This document shows, piece by piece, positions 40,783 to 50,737 of a stretch of 64,000 nt of DNA. The stretch lies in contig JAHQJS010000008.1 of NCBI GenBank assembly GCA_019057385.1, positions 1-64,000 on the forward strand, given 5' to 3'. The stretch's first letter is position 1; every line of letters begins with the position of its first letter. Origin of the DNA: Candidatus Borrarchaeum weybense. GTDB lineage: Archaea; Asgardarchaeota; Sifarchaeia; Borrarchaeales; Borrarchaeaceae. Both the position numbers and the translations under genes were made by a program. The notes under the pieces are model-generated. The model did not search any database. It was not told the DNA's origin and saw only the letters and a program-made list of their open reading frames with translations.

Positions 40783-41973
40783 TTGCTATTAAATCTTATT
40801 TTTATTTCTACGGGGGCCCTAGTGTTGATGAATTATGATATAATTATTGTTGGTGGAGGCTTTGCTGGATTAGCTACTGCAATAACTGCATCAAGGAACA
40901 ATTTAGATTGTTTAGTAATTGAAAAAGAGAAGGAACTGGGTTATCCTGTTCATACAAGTGGAGGTTCCTGGTATAGTGAGATGCTCCATCTTGGGCTTGA
41001 TAAAAACCTTTTGCATCCCATAAATTCTATTGCTTTTCACTCTCCTTCAGGAGATGTTGTCTCTGCTAGTTTTAAAGATCAAGACCCTTATGGTTGCATA
41101 ATAGATGTAAGAGGGACAATTCAGTTTTTGGCAATGAAGGCGGCACAAGAAGGTGCGCACATCCTTCCCAATACCAAGGTACTCTCACCAATCTTGGAAA
41201 ATGGTGAGATTGTTGGTGTTAATACTAAATCTTCTGGTTCAGAGTCCAAAAACATTTTCTCAAAAATTGTTGTAGATGCCTCTGGTAGTTTATCACTTAT
41301 TACACGTCGATTAGGATTAAAAGAAGGCAAATGGCAAAGATATGGTATCGGTGCAGAATATGAAGCATATGTTCCTAAACTGCCAGATGAAAACCATGTT
41401 GATTTTATTTTGGGAGAAAGATTTGCGCCTGCAGGTTATGCATGGATTTTCCCAACAGGTAAAAATCGCGCTAGAATTGGTGTCGGGATTATAAGACCTG
41501 ATAGTAAAGAAAATCCGTTCAAATATTTGGAAGTCATAATGCAACAGCATCCAAATATTTCCAAATATCTAAAACATGCGGTGCCTATTGAGTATCACCA
41601 TGGAATTTTCCCTTGTGAGGGGCCACTTCCGAAAACAGTATCGAATAGATTTATCAGCGTTGGGGATGCTGCTGGTCAGGGGAGTCCACTAGTTGGCGAA
41701 GGAATCCGATATGCAATACAATTTGGTTATTTAGCTGGAGAGGTTGCTGCTAAAGCAATAGCAACCGATGATGTATCAGAAGACTATCTTATGCAATTCT
41801 ATGAAGAAAAATGGAAAGAGCAAATAGAAACAAATTTTAAGATAGCCTTAGAAATACAAAAAAGGCTTGCGAGACATTCTGATGACGATTGGGAACGAAA
41901 AATATCAATGCTGAAAGCACTGGATTTTGATAAACTTGTAGTTTTTTTGAATAAACTAAAGGGCGAACTTTAA
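40783..41973 (+). CDS. Geranylgeranyl reductase family flavoprotein
   Basis: GGGFAG, DASG, PAGYAWIFP, GDAAG..PL.GEGI; true start probably ATG 40828. Confidence 0.9.
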   Translation: MLLNLIFISTGALVLMNYDIIIVGGGFAGLATAITASRNNLDCLVIEKEKELGYPVHTSGGSWYSEMLHLGLDKNLLHPINSIAFHSPSGDVVSASFKDQDPYGCIIDVRGTIQFLAMKAAQEGAHILPNTKVLSPILENGEIVGVNTKSSGSESKNIFSKIVVDASGSLSLITRRLGLKEGKWQRYGIGAEYEAYVPKLPDENHVDFILGERFAPAGYAWIFPTGKNRARIGVGIIRPDSKENPFKYLEVIMQQHPNISKYLKHAVPIEYHHGIFPCEGPLPKTVSNRFISVGDAAGQGSPLVGEGIRYAIQFGYLAGEVAAKAIATDDVSEDYLMQFYEEKWKEQIETNFKIALEIQKRLARHSDDDWERKISMLKALDFDKLVVFLNKLKGEL

Positions 41974-41986
41974 CTAGATTTAATTT

Positions 41987-42298
41987 CTATATTCTTGTAT
42001 AAATCTTTATACCGCAGTATCCACATTTAATAATATTGTCAGGATTTGGTGACATTTCAATCTCTTTCCCACACTGAGGGCACTTTGGTAACGTTTCAAG
42101 TGCACTTGGTGGAAGAATTAATTTATTGAACCAGTCCACTGCTCCAGACCACTCTCCTTTTTCCCAAAGTTCTAAGATTACCTCTTTGCATCTCCTAATA
42201 GTAGGTATTTCAAATCGCTCGCAGATATCACCAAGAGTTGTACGACCTTTGATTGTGGTGTACTTTATGATCTTCTGTGCCAGTTCGTTCATTTTCAT
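41987..42298 (-). CDS. PCI-like winged helix fused to a Zn ribbon
   Basis: TTLGDICERF....EVILELWEKG..SGAVD..NKLI resembles the PCI WH subdomain; CPQCG..CGYCG. Confidence 0.55.
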   Translation of the reverse strand: MKMNELAQKIIKYTTIKGRTTLGDICERFEIPTIRRCKEVILELWEKGEWSGAVDWFNKLILPPSALETLPKCPQCGKEIEMSPNPDNIIKCGYCGIKIYTRI

Positions 42299-42566
42299 CC
42301 CTCAGCGCGCTATCATAACCTTATATTAGAAGCCTACACATCATAGTTTAAATATTTCTCGTAAAAATTTTGATCTAAATACTTAGAGATGTTGCTATAC
42401 ATGGATTTTTGGTCTTTTTCAAGCCTTCAATTTCGAATTTGGTGATCGTTGATGTCAAAAAGCAGCTGAATCGATTATTGCCGACTCTCAAGAAAGTTAT
42501 ATGAACCAGTAATTTAACAAGTTAGTTGTAGAAACCTTTCTCAATTACTAGGAGAATTGATCTGAT

Positions 42567-44105
42567 TTGATGACAGAATTCATTATCAAGCCGATTGACA
42601 TTACCTCTGGAAAGAATGAGGTCATTTTAAATGAAGATGATGCTACAAAAATGGGATTTAAAAACGGCGATCGACTCAAGATAAGACAAAGTGAAGTATC
42701 TACAGTTGGTATGGTTGAAACCACTAAGACAGTCGTAAATGAGGGCGAAATCGGAATTTATAAGGATATTTTAGAAAAATTTGCTTTTGAATTACGTGCG
42801 GGAGTAGAGGTTACAGCTGTAGGACGCCCTGATTCCTTCTACTTCATAAAAGAAAAAATGAAAAGTGAGAAGTTATCAAAAGACAAGATTTATTCAATTG
42901 TTGCTGATGCTGTTGCAGGAAACCTCTCTAATTTGGAACTTGCGGCTTTTATACTAGCTGAAGAGTTTGTTGGATTAGATATGGAGGAAATTGGGCATCT
43001 TACAAAAGCGATGGCAGAGACAGGACAAATGATCGATTTTGAAGAAACCGTATTTGATAAGCATAGCATTGGAGGCGTGCCAGGGAATAAAGTGACCCTA
43101 CTCATTGTGCCCATCGTTGCTTCAGCTGGATTACTCATCCCCAAAACCTCAAGCCGTGCAATTACTTCCCCGGCTGGTACAGCAGACACCTTTGAAGTAT
43201 TGGCGGATGTAAAATTTAATATAGACGAACTAAAAGAGTTGGCAAAAAAAGTCCGAGGAACCATTGCCTGGGGAGGCTCTCTTAATCTTGCTCCCTCTGA
43301 TGATATCTTCATTCACCGTGTTGAACATGGACTTGGCATAGATCCATTGCCGCAAATGATGGCAAGCATTTACTCAAAAAAACTGGCAACTGGTGTGGAT
43401 TTTCTTGTTCTGGACATTCCTACACTTACCCGATATTATGAAAGAGGTGCAAAGGTTAGAAGTGTCGAAGAGGCGCGTACTCTCGCTAGACAATTCGTTG
43501 AGCTTAGTGACCGAATAGGAATAAAAACAGAAGCTGCAATTACCTATGGCGGACAACCTGTTGGCCATGCAATAGGACCTGCATTGGAGGCAAGAGAAGC
43601 ACTTCAAGCTTTAGAAGGACTTAGACCCTCAGCTAGTTTAATTGAAAAATCATGTGCTCTAGCCGGAGTGCTTATTGAGATGTCTGGAAAAGCAACTAAA
43701 GGTCAAGGAAAGCAACTTGCTGAAGAAATTTTGAACTCAGGAAAAGCATTAAGCAAAATGAAAGAAATAATTGAAGCACAAGGCGGTAATCCTACTATTG
43801 AATCACAGGATGTTGCTATAGGCAATTATAAGGCGGAGTTGCGCTCATCCAGCGATGGCTATATAGTAAGAGTCGATAACAAACAGATTGTGAAGATTTG
43901 CAATACCGCAGGAACTCCTCGTGATAAAGGTGCTGGAATATTACTCCATGCAAAGGTGGGTTACAAAGTGAAAGCGGGTGACTTACTTCTTTCAATCTTC
44001 TCTAATAGTGAATCACGGCTCTCAAAGGCACATGCAATTGCACTTAAAAACAATCCAATAGTGTGTGAAGGCATGCTCATTGAAAGAATCTCTGATCTCA
44101 CCTAA
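42567..44105 (+). CDS. deoA: AMP phosphorylase
   Basis: N-terminal archaeal extension, DKHSIGGVPGNK, PKTSSRAITSPAGTAD, IGPALEA. Confidence 0.95.
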   Translation: MMTEFIIKPIDITSGKNEVILNEDDATKMGFKNGDRLKIRQSEVSTVGMVETTKTVVNEGEIGIYKDILEKFAFELRAGVEVTAVGRPDSFYFIKEKMKSEKLSKDKIYSIVADAVAGNLSNLELAAFILAEEFVGLDMEEIGHLTKAMAETGQMIDFEETVFDKHSIGGVPGNKVTLLIVPIVASAGLLIPKTSSRAITSPAGTADTFEVLADVKFNIDELKELAKKVRGTIAWGGSLNLAPSDDIFIHRVEHGLGIDPLPQMMASIYSKKLATGVDFLVLDIPTLTRYYERGAKVRSVEEARTLARQFVELSDRIGIKTEAAITYGGQPVGHAIGPALEAREALQALEGLRPSASLIEKSCALAGVLIEMSGKATKGQGKQLAEEILNSGKALSKMKEIIEAQGGNPTIESQDVAIGNYKAELRSSSDGYIVRVDNKQIVKICNTAGTPRDKGAGILLHAKVGYKVKAGDLLLSIFSNSESRLSKAHAIALKNNPIVCEGMLIERISDLT

Positions 44106-44129
44106 AGATTATCTCGTTTCTTTTTAATG

Positions 44130-44723
44130 TTAAACCGCAAGTTTTTCATAACTGGATATTAGTTTCCTACGTTCTTCATTGAGCTGCCGCAATTCTGAAA
44201 GTTTCTCAGAGAATACATTTAAATTTTCAATGCCGGCGCCTACAAAATTCTCGTTTATAATTTCATTTTTAAAGGACATTACACTCTCTTCTAACGCTTT
44301 CAGTTCAGTAAGAATATTGAATTCAAGAACTCGTACGAATTTGAAATCAATATCCTCAATTTTCTTGACTTCAAAATACGTGGAAAACCCATAATCTGGA
44401 TTGGTTACGTCGTTATAAAAGTTTTCAGCCAGGTCAATAATTGAGTCCATCTGAGTCCATGAATTTAAAAGCTGTAACTCGATGAATTTTACATGGGCTT
44501 CTTTTAATGCATCTCCTATCGTAACTAATCCTGTCTTTAAACATCCTCTCACGATTTTTTCTGCGCGATTCCTACCTTCAAGATCAATATACTTTTTATC
44601 ATCTGGTAGTTTATCAGGATCAATTTTAGTAAATTCGTCTTCTGAATCACTCTTTAGCGTAATCTTATGCAGAGTGCCTTTTGACATTTTCTTGATTTTT
44701 TTCCAAACCAAATTGAAAACCAC
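44130..44723 (-). CDS. Hypothetical helical protein
   Basis: 197-aa ORF with amphipathic helices; function not recognised. Confidence 0.65.
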   Translation of the reverse strand: MVFNLVWKKIKKMSKGTLHKITLKSDSEDEFTKIDPDKLPDDKKYIDLEGRNRAEKIVRGCLKTGLVTIGDALKEAHVKFIELQLLNSWTQMDSIIDLAENFYNDVTNPDYGFSTYFEVKKIEDIDFKFVRVLEFNILTELKALEESVMSFKNEIINENFVGAGIENLNVFSEKLSELRQLNEERRKLISSYEKLAV

Positions 44724-44837
44724 CTTGGATAATTTAGATGATTGGTAATTGTTAATCTGCTCGAAGTAAAAGTGTCTATATCATGCATTCTCTTATTACG
44801 TTTTAGGCTAAAAGCACACATACCTTACTGATAACTG

Positions 44838-45032
44838 AGCAGGAAAGCACCAATGCTTAAGCAAAGTGATGAATTGTGTTGTGGTTATATAGCTTGTTGG
44901 TGACAAAGTTTATGAGTACCTACGGGGCGTGGGGATGTTAAGCCTGTGGAGATAAGACCTCCGTAACCTGCAAGGGGATCGAGTCTGTCATAGAAGCAGG
45001 AAGCCTAAAAGCTTTAGCACGAGATAATTCAT
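44838..45032 (+). mobile_element. Non-autonomous TnpB-type mini-element (left end, TATA, reRNA, right end)
   Basis: Left-end-like GCAGGAAAGCACCAATGCTTAAGCAAAGTGATGAATTG; degenerate right end GAAGCC..CTTTAGC..AGATAATTCAT. Confidence 0.75.
44915..45032 (+). ncRNA. Orphan TnpB reRNA/omegaRNA scaffold
   Basis: GTACCTACGGGGCGTGGGGATGTTAAGCCTGTGGAG...GTCATAGAAGCAGGAAGCC is the typical tnpB 3'-end scaffold; TTATATA at 44885. Confidence 0.75.
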
Positions 45033-45074
45033 CTAACATATTCCATTCTCTATTTTATTTTTTTTTATTTTGTG

Positions 45075-46847
45075 CTATTCAATTTTCTTTAACTGACCTT
45101 TGAAAAGGTCGATTATTTCCTGTTGAGATGTTGCTTGTTCAGCTGTCTTATCATCCCTTATACGTCCAGTAAACCTTGGGAAACGCATAGCTAGACCGCT
45201 TCCCTTTCTTATCATATCTAAAGCACATGTATGCACTGGCGAAAGTGTTAGTTCAGCAGCTTGAACCTCTAAAACAATTGTTGGTTTGATCCATATGTCT
45301 GGAACTGTTGAGTTTTTGATAATTACTCGAGGTGGTTTCTTCGAGACGCGATATTGGTCTAATAATTTTTGAAGAGTCTCCAAATGTTCGTCTGTAAAGC
45401 CACTACCCATTCTACACACGCTTTTAAACTGATTTTCGATTGGGTCATAACACGCCATGAGAAGAGAGCCATAGAAACCTGTGCGCGCTCCGTACCCCAC
45501 ATATGCTCCAATTACAACCGCGTCGATCGTATCTGCAACTTCGCTTTTATAGTCTCTTTTAAATTTAATCCACAGCCAGCCTCTTGCACCCGCCTGATAA
45601 ATGGATTCTTCTTGAATGGATTTTGCCATAATGCCTTCGCATCCCTTTTCAACCGCTGATTCGAAAAATTCTTCTAATTCATCTTCAGAAGTTATCTCTT
45701 TTTGAACTGCAAGTCTAAGTTGTTCTGTTTCGTTTACTATCTTCTCCAGCGCTTTTCTACGAAGAGGATAGTTTTTATTTGTGAAATCTTTGTTATCAAG
45801 GTATAAAAGATCAAATAGGAAAAGATTAACTGGAATCGCTTTCATAGTTTTCTTTATTCCATATTTTCTGCGTCGATGCATTAGTTCTTGAAAAGGACGT
45901 AATTCTCCAGTTTCAACATTATATGCAACAACTTCTCCTTCTATAATTGCATTATTAGCACGAATCTGTGCTCTAACCATTTCACATACGTCAGGATATT
46001 GTTCACTAATTTCTTCAAGTCGTCTTGAAAAAATAAGCACCGTTTCCCCATCCTTGTGAATCTGAAGACGTTCTCCATCGTACTTAAATTCAGCAATAAA
46101 TGTTCCTTTTAACTTTGCAAATATTTCTTCTTTCTCTCCTGACCTTTGTGCCATCATCATACGAATTGGATGCCGAATCGTGACCTTAAAGTCTTTGACA
46201 GACTCTATTCCTTCCTTCACTAATCTTTCTGCAATTAGACCAAGATCAGACGAAATATTGAACGCTCTTTCTATTATAGGTCTATTTGTTGCATTATCAG
46301 TATAGGCAATTGCAAGTGCATCCATAATAGTCATATCCGCCATACCAAGTCTCATTTGACCTAAAATTGTCCGGATTATGTACCTAGCTTCTAAAGGAGA
46401 CGCATTTGTTAGCAATCCTGCTAATAGTTTAATCTTAGTGTCTACTGATCCCTTACCACTTGTTCTGCCTATCTTATCAAGTGTTTCTGACATGTATTTG
46501 ACATCAAGTAGCTTTGTGAACAAAGTTGTTTGTTTTTTAATTGCTAACTCTTCTTCCGCAGCCTTTCCTAGATCCCCTTTCTCTTTCATTTTTTCTACAA
46601 TTTGATTGGTAGTTAATCCGGTAGCATTTGCAATAGATTTTATTACCATTTTTTCAGCCATTCCGTATTGGAAATCTTCATAATCAGGGTAAGGTGAGCC
46701 TCTTATAAGGCCAATAACGTCACGGATATGGTCTGGAGGAGTCGCTTTAAATAACTCCACTAAATGGTTTGTCATCTCCGTTCGCTTTGACGTAACTTCT
46801 ATCTTACTCAATTTTCCTGCTAAGACCTGATATTTCACTTTTCCCAC
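45075..46847 (-). CDS. lig: ATP-dependent DNA ligase
   Basis: KYDGER, EGEVV, FLFD, EGIMAK, WIKFK, MRFPRF. Confidence 0.97.
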   Translation of the reverse strand: MGKVKYQVLAGKLSKIEVTSKRTEMTNHLVELFKATPPDHIRDVIGLIRGSPYPDYEDFQYGMAEKMVIKSIANATGLTTNQIVEKMKEKGDLGKAAEEELAIKKQTTLFTKLLDVKYMSETLDKIGRTSGKGSVDTKIKLLAGLLTNASPLEARYIIRTILGQMRLGMADMTIMDALAIAYTDNATNRPIIERAFNISSDLGLIAERLVKEGIESVKDFKVTIRHPIRMMMAQRSGEKEEIFAKLKGTFIAEFKYDGERLQIHKDGETVLIFSRRLEEISEQYPDVCEMVRAQIRANNAIIEGEVVAYNVETGELRPFQELMHRRRKYGIKKTMKAIPVNLFLFDLLYLDNKDFTNKNYPLRRKALEKIVNETEQLRLAVQKEITSEDELEEFFESAVEKGCEGIMAKSIQEESIYQAGARGWLWIKFKRDYKSEVADTIDAVVIGAYVGYGARTGFYGSLLMACYDPIENQFKSVCRMGSGFTDEHLETLQKLLDQYRVSKKPPRVIIKNSTVPDIWIKPTIVLEVQAAELTLSPVHTCALDMIRKGSGLAMRFPRFTGRIRDDKTAEQATSQQEIIDLFKGQLKKIE

Positions 46848-47011
46848 GATCCGTTATAGCAAAATTTAAAGTAACCATTATCACAATCAAAGCCTTGTTA
46901 TTCACAAAGTGTAATGCAAGAATTAATTTAAACATGATACCAAACAAAAGACACTGGTAACCAATTTCCAAGCTATTATTCTTTCAATTCATTTCGGAGA
47001 GGTGTATTTGA

Positions 47012-47932
47012 ATGTCACGTAAAAAATCAAGTTCAAAAGAAGATATATTTGAGAAATATAGAAAAGCCGGTCATATTGTTGCGAAGGCAAAAGAATACAT
47101 TCGACCATTTGTAAAAATTGGTACAAAACTCTTTGATATCTGCGAAAAGGCTGAACAATTTGTGATAAAAGAAGGAGGAAAACTTGCCTTTCCTTGTAAT
47201 GTCTCAATTAACCATATAGCCGCCCATTATTCATCACCACCTGGGGATAAGACAATAATAAAAGAAGGCGATATCGTGAAGGTAGACATCGGTGCACACA
47301 TCGATGGTTTTATTGCAGACTCAGCATTTACAGTAAACTTCGATCCAGATTTCGATAAATTAGTTGAAGCTGCGGTGGATTCTTGCCATGCCGCAATTGA
47401 AGCAGTGCTTCCTGGAACCAACACTAAAGATATTGGCAAAATAGTTGAATCTACTATAAAATCAAAATCATCTAAATATAGGCCTATCAAAGAACTTTCA
47501 GGACATATTCTAGATGAATATTCGTTACATGGGTCAAAAACAATCCCAAACGTCCCTATTCCATACGGGGTTAAGATCGAAGAGGGAGAAGTGTATGCCG
47601 TTGAAACATTTGCCAGTTCTGGTTCTGGCTCTGTTCATGATTTACCCTATGGCTATATCTACCGTTTACTGCCAGTTCGAACTCCAGTTAGATCAAAAGG
47701 CGCTCGAAAAATAATTAGTGCTGTTTTAAAGGAGCATAAAACGTTACCATTCAGCGAGAGATGGATCGCCAAACAAGTCAAAGCTTATAAAGTGGCCTTA
47801 AATGAACTCGTCACGAAGGGTGTCTTCCATCGATATAAAGTACTTTCAGATAAGAAAGGCTGTAAAGTTGCTCAAAATGAAGAAACGATGATTGTCACGA
47901 AAGAAGGACCTGAAATTACAACAACAATTTAG
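47012..47932 (+). CDS. map: Methionine aminopeptidase type II
   Basis: AFP, AAHYS, KVDIGAHIDG..AD, LSGH, AVETF, LPF insert. Confidence 0.96.
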   Translation: MSRKKSSSKEDIFEKYRKAGHIVAKAKEYIRPFVKIGTKLFDICEKAEQFVIKEGGKLAFPCNVSINHIAAHYSSPPGDKTIIKEGDIVKVDIGAHIDGFIADSAFTVNFDPDFDKLVEAAVDSCHAAIEAVLPGTNTKDIGKIVESTIKSKSSKYRPIKELSGHILDEYSLHGSKTIPNVPIPYGVKIEEGEVYAVETFASSGSGSVHDLPYGYIYRLLPVRTPVRSKGARKIISAVLKEHKTLPFSERWIAKQVKAYKVALNELVTKGVFHRYKVLSDKKGCKVAQNEETMIVTKEGPEITTTI

Positions 47933-48027
47933 TTTATAATGTATTTCAGAGAATTGCGATTTATACTATAAGCCCATAGATGAAACTGAGGTCAAATTAA
48001 AGAATTACAGAAAAAGGTATAAAGCCT

Positions 48028-49461
48028 ATGACTAAAGCGCAATCACTTTTTTCTCTAACCAGGGATATAAGGACACGTCTTTTTATTAGCGTCTTAATTG
48101 TGTATGTCTACTTTATTAACGGCTTTAATTCTCCCAACGAAGGGTCTCGCCTTGCTTTAATTATGGCAATTGTAGAACAGCAATCGTTTAAGATCAATGA
48201 TTTTATGGAATGGACATGGTGGATAGATTATAGTGAATACCCTCCTGGGAGCGGAAACTATTATTCGGATAAAGGACCAGGCTTGAGTTTTTTAGGAATT
48301 CCCTTCTATTTTCTTGGTAAATTTGTTGCATATAGACTGTATTCAGATCCTTTATTAGTTAACGGAACGTTGGCAAGTTTTGTAGTCTTATGTGGCTCTA
48401 TATTTACTGTACTTAGCGTTGTGGTGGTTTTCGAGTTTTGTAAGTTGCTTGAAATTAATGAAAAAACGAGTCTCCTTACAGCTTTATCTTATGCCTTTGG
48501 TACAATCGCTTTTGTCTATGGGAAAACCTTTTTTGCACATGGAACATCCGCATTTCTATTAATTTCAGCGGCGTACCTCACAGTGCATTACTTTCAAAAT
48601 GGAAGGAAAGACAGTACAAAAGTATTCCTTGCTGGCCTTGCCTTAGGATATTCTGTTTGTATAGATTACCAAAATGTACTTGCATTACCACCAATTCTCG
48701 CATTTTATGCGTTTAAACGAGAATTTAGAAAATTATTGTTATTTCTAGTTCCTTACCTAGCATGTTTAGGACTGCTCGCCTGGTACCATTTTGTAATTTT
48801 CGATAGCCCATTCTCAACGCCATATATGTATACTGGCTATTATGGAGAAGTACAAAGTTTTCAGGCGTTTTCTTATCCCATGTACCTCGGTTTGTGGGGC
48901 TTATTGTTCAGTACCTATCGTGGATTATTTTATTTTTCGCCATTTCTTCTATTTACAGCATATGGTTTTGTATTGTTCTTTAGACGTTATCCACAAGAGG
49001 CAATTTGGTTTGCGTCAACCTTCTTATTGATGTTATTTGTGTTGTCTGTGTATGTTGTATGGCATGGAGGCGGAGCTTACGGCCCAAGGCTTTTATTGAG
49101 TGTCATTCCTTTCATTGTCGTCCCCATAGGAATACTTTTAGATACTCCCCATATTGCGAATAATCGCTGGTTTCAAGTGATTTTTTTTGGTACTTTGGCA
49201 TATAGTATTTTTACCCTAGCAACTGGTGCAGTTACTGATCCAGTTCCTTTTCCATGGACTCCAAATCCGTTTTTAGAGTATAACTTACCCCTTTTGATCG
49301 GAGGAAATTTAGATAGCGCTTTATTCAAATACATTTCGCCGTATACAATCATTCTGGTACCAATATTGCTTCTAGTAGTAAATCTGCGACAAATTCACCT
49401 TCTTAAATTAAGAAATAAATTGCTTGACACAATTAACGCTTTTAGAAAGGCTCTGCCATAA
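48028..49461 (+). CDS. GT-C-like integral membrane protein
   Basis: NE.SR, YYSDK.PG, RGLF.FSP, GG.YGPR.L; many TM helices. Confidence 0.7.
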   Translation: MTKAQSLFSLTRDIRTRLFISVLIVYVYFINGFNSPNEGSRLALIMAIVEQQSFKINDFMEWTWWIDYSEYPPGSGNYYSDKGPGLSFLGIPFYFLGKFVAYRLYSDPLLVNGTLASFVVLCGSIFTVLSVVVVFEFCKLLEINEKTSLLTALSYAFGTIAFVYGKTFFAHGTSAFLLISAAYLTVHYFQNGRKDSTKVFLAGLALGYSVCIDYQNVLALPPILAFYAFKREFRKLLLFLVPYLACLGLLAWYHFVIFDSPFSTPYMYTGYYGEVQSFQAFSYPMYLGLWGLLFSTYRGLFYFSPFLLFTAYGFVLFFRRYPQEAIWFASTFLLMLFVLSVYVVWHGGGAYGPRLLLSVIPFIVVPIGILLDTPHIANNRWFQVIFFGTLAYSIFTLATGAVTDPVPFPWTPNPFLEYNLPLLIGGNLDSALFKYISPYTIILVPILLLVVNLRQIHLLKLRNKLLDTINAFRKALP

Positions 49462-49642
49462 CATGCTTTCATTAAACTTTGTTTTGAGAAAACAAGAGTA
49501 ATGTAAGTTTGTTTTTGTGTATTTGTCCGCCCACAATTTCTATAAGGTTGGTCTTTCCTCTCACGGAAAGATTGAGAATTCTTATAAAACGTGGAGTTTT
49601 ATAAATAATCATAAGGTTAGGTTGGGATTCACATATATCTAA

Positions 49643-50071
49643 ATGGGAGGTTTTCCATTGGATGACATAGACCAAAAAATTATTGATCTCTTAAAAAAAG
49701 ACTCCCGTACTTCCTTTGTAAAAATTGCTGACGCTGTGGAACTTTCAGAAACTGCTGTTCGAAAAAGGATAAAAAATCTTCAGGATAATGGCATCATTAA
49801 GCGTTTTACTGTTGAAATCGATGAAGAACAACAAACAAAGGCTATCGCGATGATAGAAACCCAAGCAAGCATGCATACGCCCGAGATTTCTCAAAAATTC
49901 ATTGAAATTGAAGGAGTGTCATATTTATTTGAAACAACTGGAGAGTACGATATCATTGCTGTTCTTTCAACTACGACAATTGAAGAGCTTAATCGAACAC
50001 TTGAAAAAATCCGGTTAACTGAGGGTGTAATTAGAACAAACACAAGTCTCGTCTTACGCAGTTGGTTTTAA
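49643..50071 (+). CDS. lysM: Lrp/AsnC regulator (LysM-like)
   Basis: LD.ID.KI..L..DSR HTH, TGEYD RAM domain; directly upstream of lysWXYZJK. Confidence 0.85.
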   Translation: MGGFPLDDIDQKIIDLLKKDSRTSFVKIADAVELSETAVRKRIKNLQDNGIIKRFTVEIDEEQQTKAIAMIETQASMHTPEISQKFIEIEGVSYLFETTGEYDIIAVLSTTTIEELNRTLEKIRLTEGVIRTNTSLVLRSWF

Positions 50072-50184
50072 TTACTTGATCGGTGGGAAGTCCCCTCCTT
50101 CGGAATGGAAGTATTTTACTAACGTAACTTTTTTATTTCTTCTTGAATTAGATTTTCGTATGTTGCTCGATTTTTTGAAAATTT

Positions 50185-50255
50185 TCACAATTTCGAACCA
50201 AAAAAATCGAATTATGAACCTCGAATTATGTTTTCAAACACAACATTTATATAGT
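50185..50255 (+). promoter_or_regulatory. Putative operator repeats and TATA box of the lysW operon
   Basis: TCGAA at 50193, 50207 and 50221 (14-bp period; TCGAATTATG twice), then TTTATATA at 50246. Confidence 0.5.
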
Positions 50256-50329
50256 GAAAACTATTATTCCGAATCAAGTATCTTAATCACGAACAATAAT
50301 CTTATCAATATTACTTGAGGTGACCCAAC

Positions 50330-50506
50330 TTGTACGATGTTGAATGTCCAGAATGTTGTGCCGCAATAGATGCCCCCGATGACGTAATGGAGGGCGAAAT
50401 ACTCGATTGTCCCGATTGTGGAGTAGAAGTCGAGGTTAGAGAAATCAATGGAAATGGTATCGAGGTCTGCATAGCTGAAATTGAAGGAGAGGACTGGGGC
50501 GAGTAA
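50330..50506 (+). CDS. lysW: Amino-group carrier protein LysW/ArgW, copy 1 (not in ORF track)
   Basis: MYDVECPECCAAIDAPDDVMEGEILDCPDCGVEVEVREINGNGIEVCIAEIEGEDWGE; GAGGTGA RBS, TTG start. Confidence 0.95.
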   Translation: MYDVECPECCAAIDAPDDVMEGEILDCPDCGVEVEVREINGNGIEVCIAEIEGEDWGE

Positions 50507-50737
50507 ATAAATTCCATGATTTTTTCTTATTATTTTTCAGCTAGTTTTTTATTATTTTTCAGCCTCTATTTTGATTTTAAACACAATGGCTCCAATATAA
50601 TCACATACAGAGACATAAAAGACTGTAAATTGCCTTTAATCACTAGTCAGCGCATTCTTTATAAACTAACTATTATTATTCATACTCCTTAGAATGTTAA
50701 CAATGAAATCTTTATGTTGACAATGAGATGACCTTGT

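Noticed and set aside
50076-50120. TTGAT followed by GAAG-hairpin-TTAC as another IS mini-element
   Set aside because: Hairpin too degenerate to distinguish from chance; also overlaps a spurious 80-aa ORF
50311-50517. 68-aa minus-strand ORF
   Set aside because: Shadow of lysW copy 1
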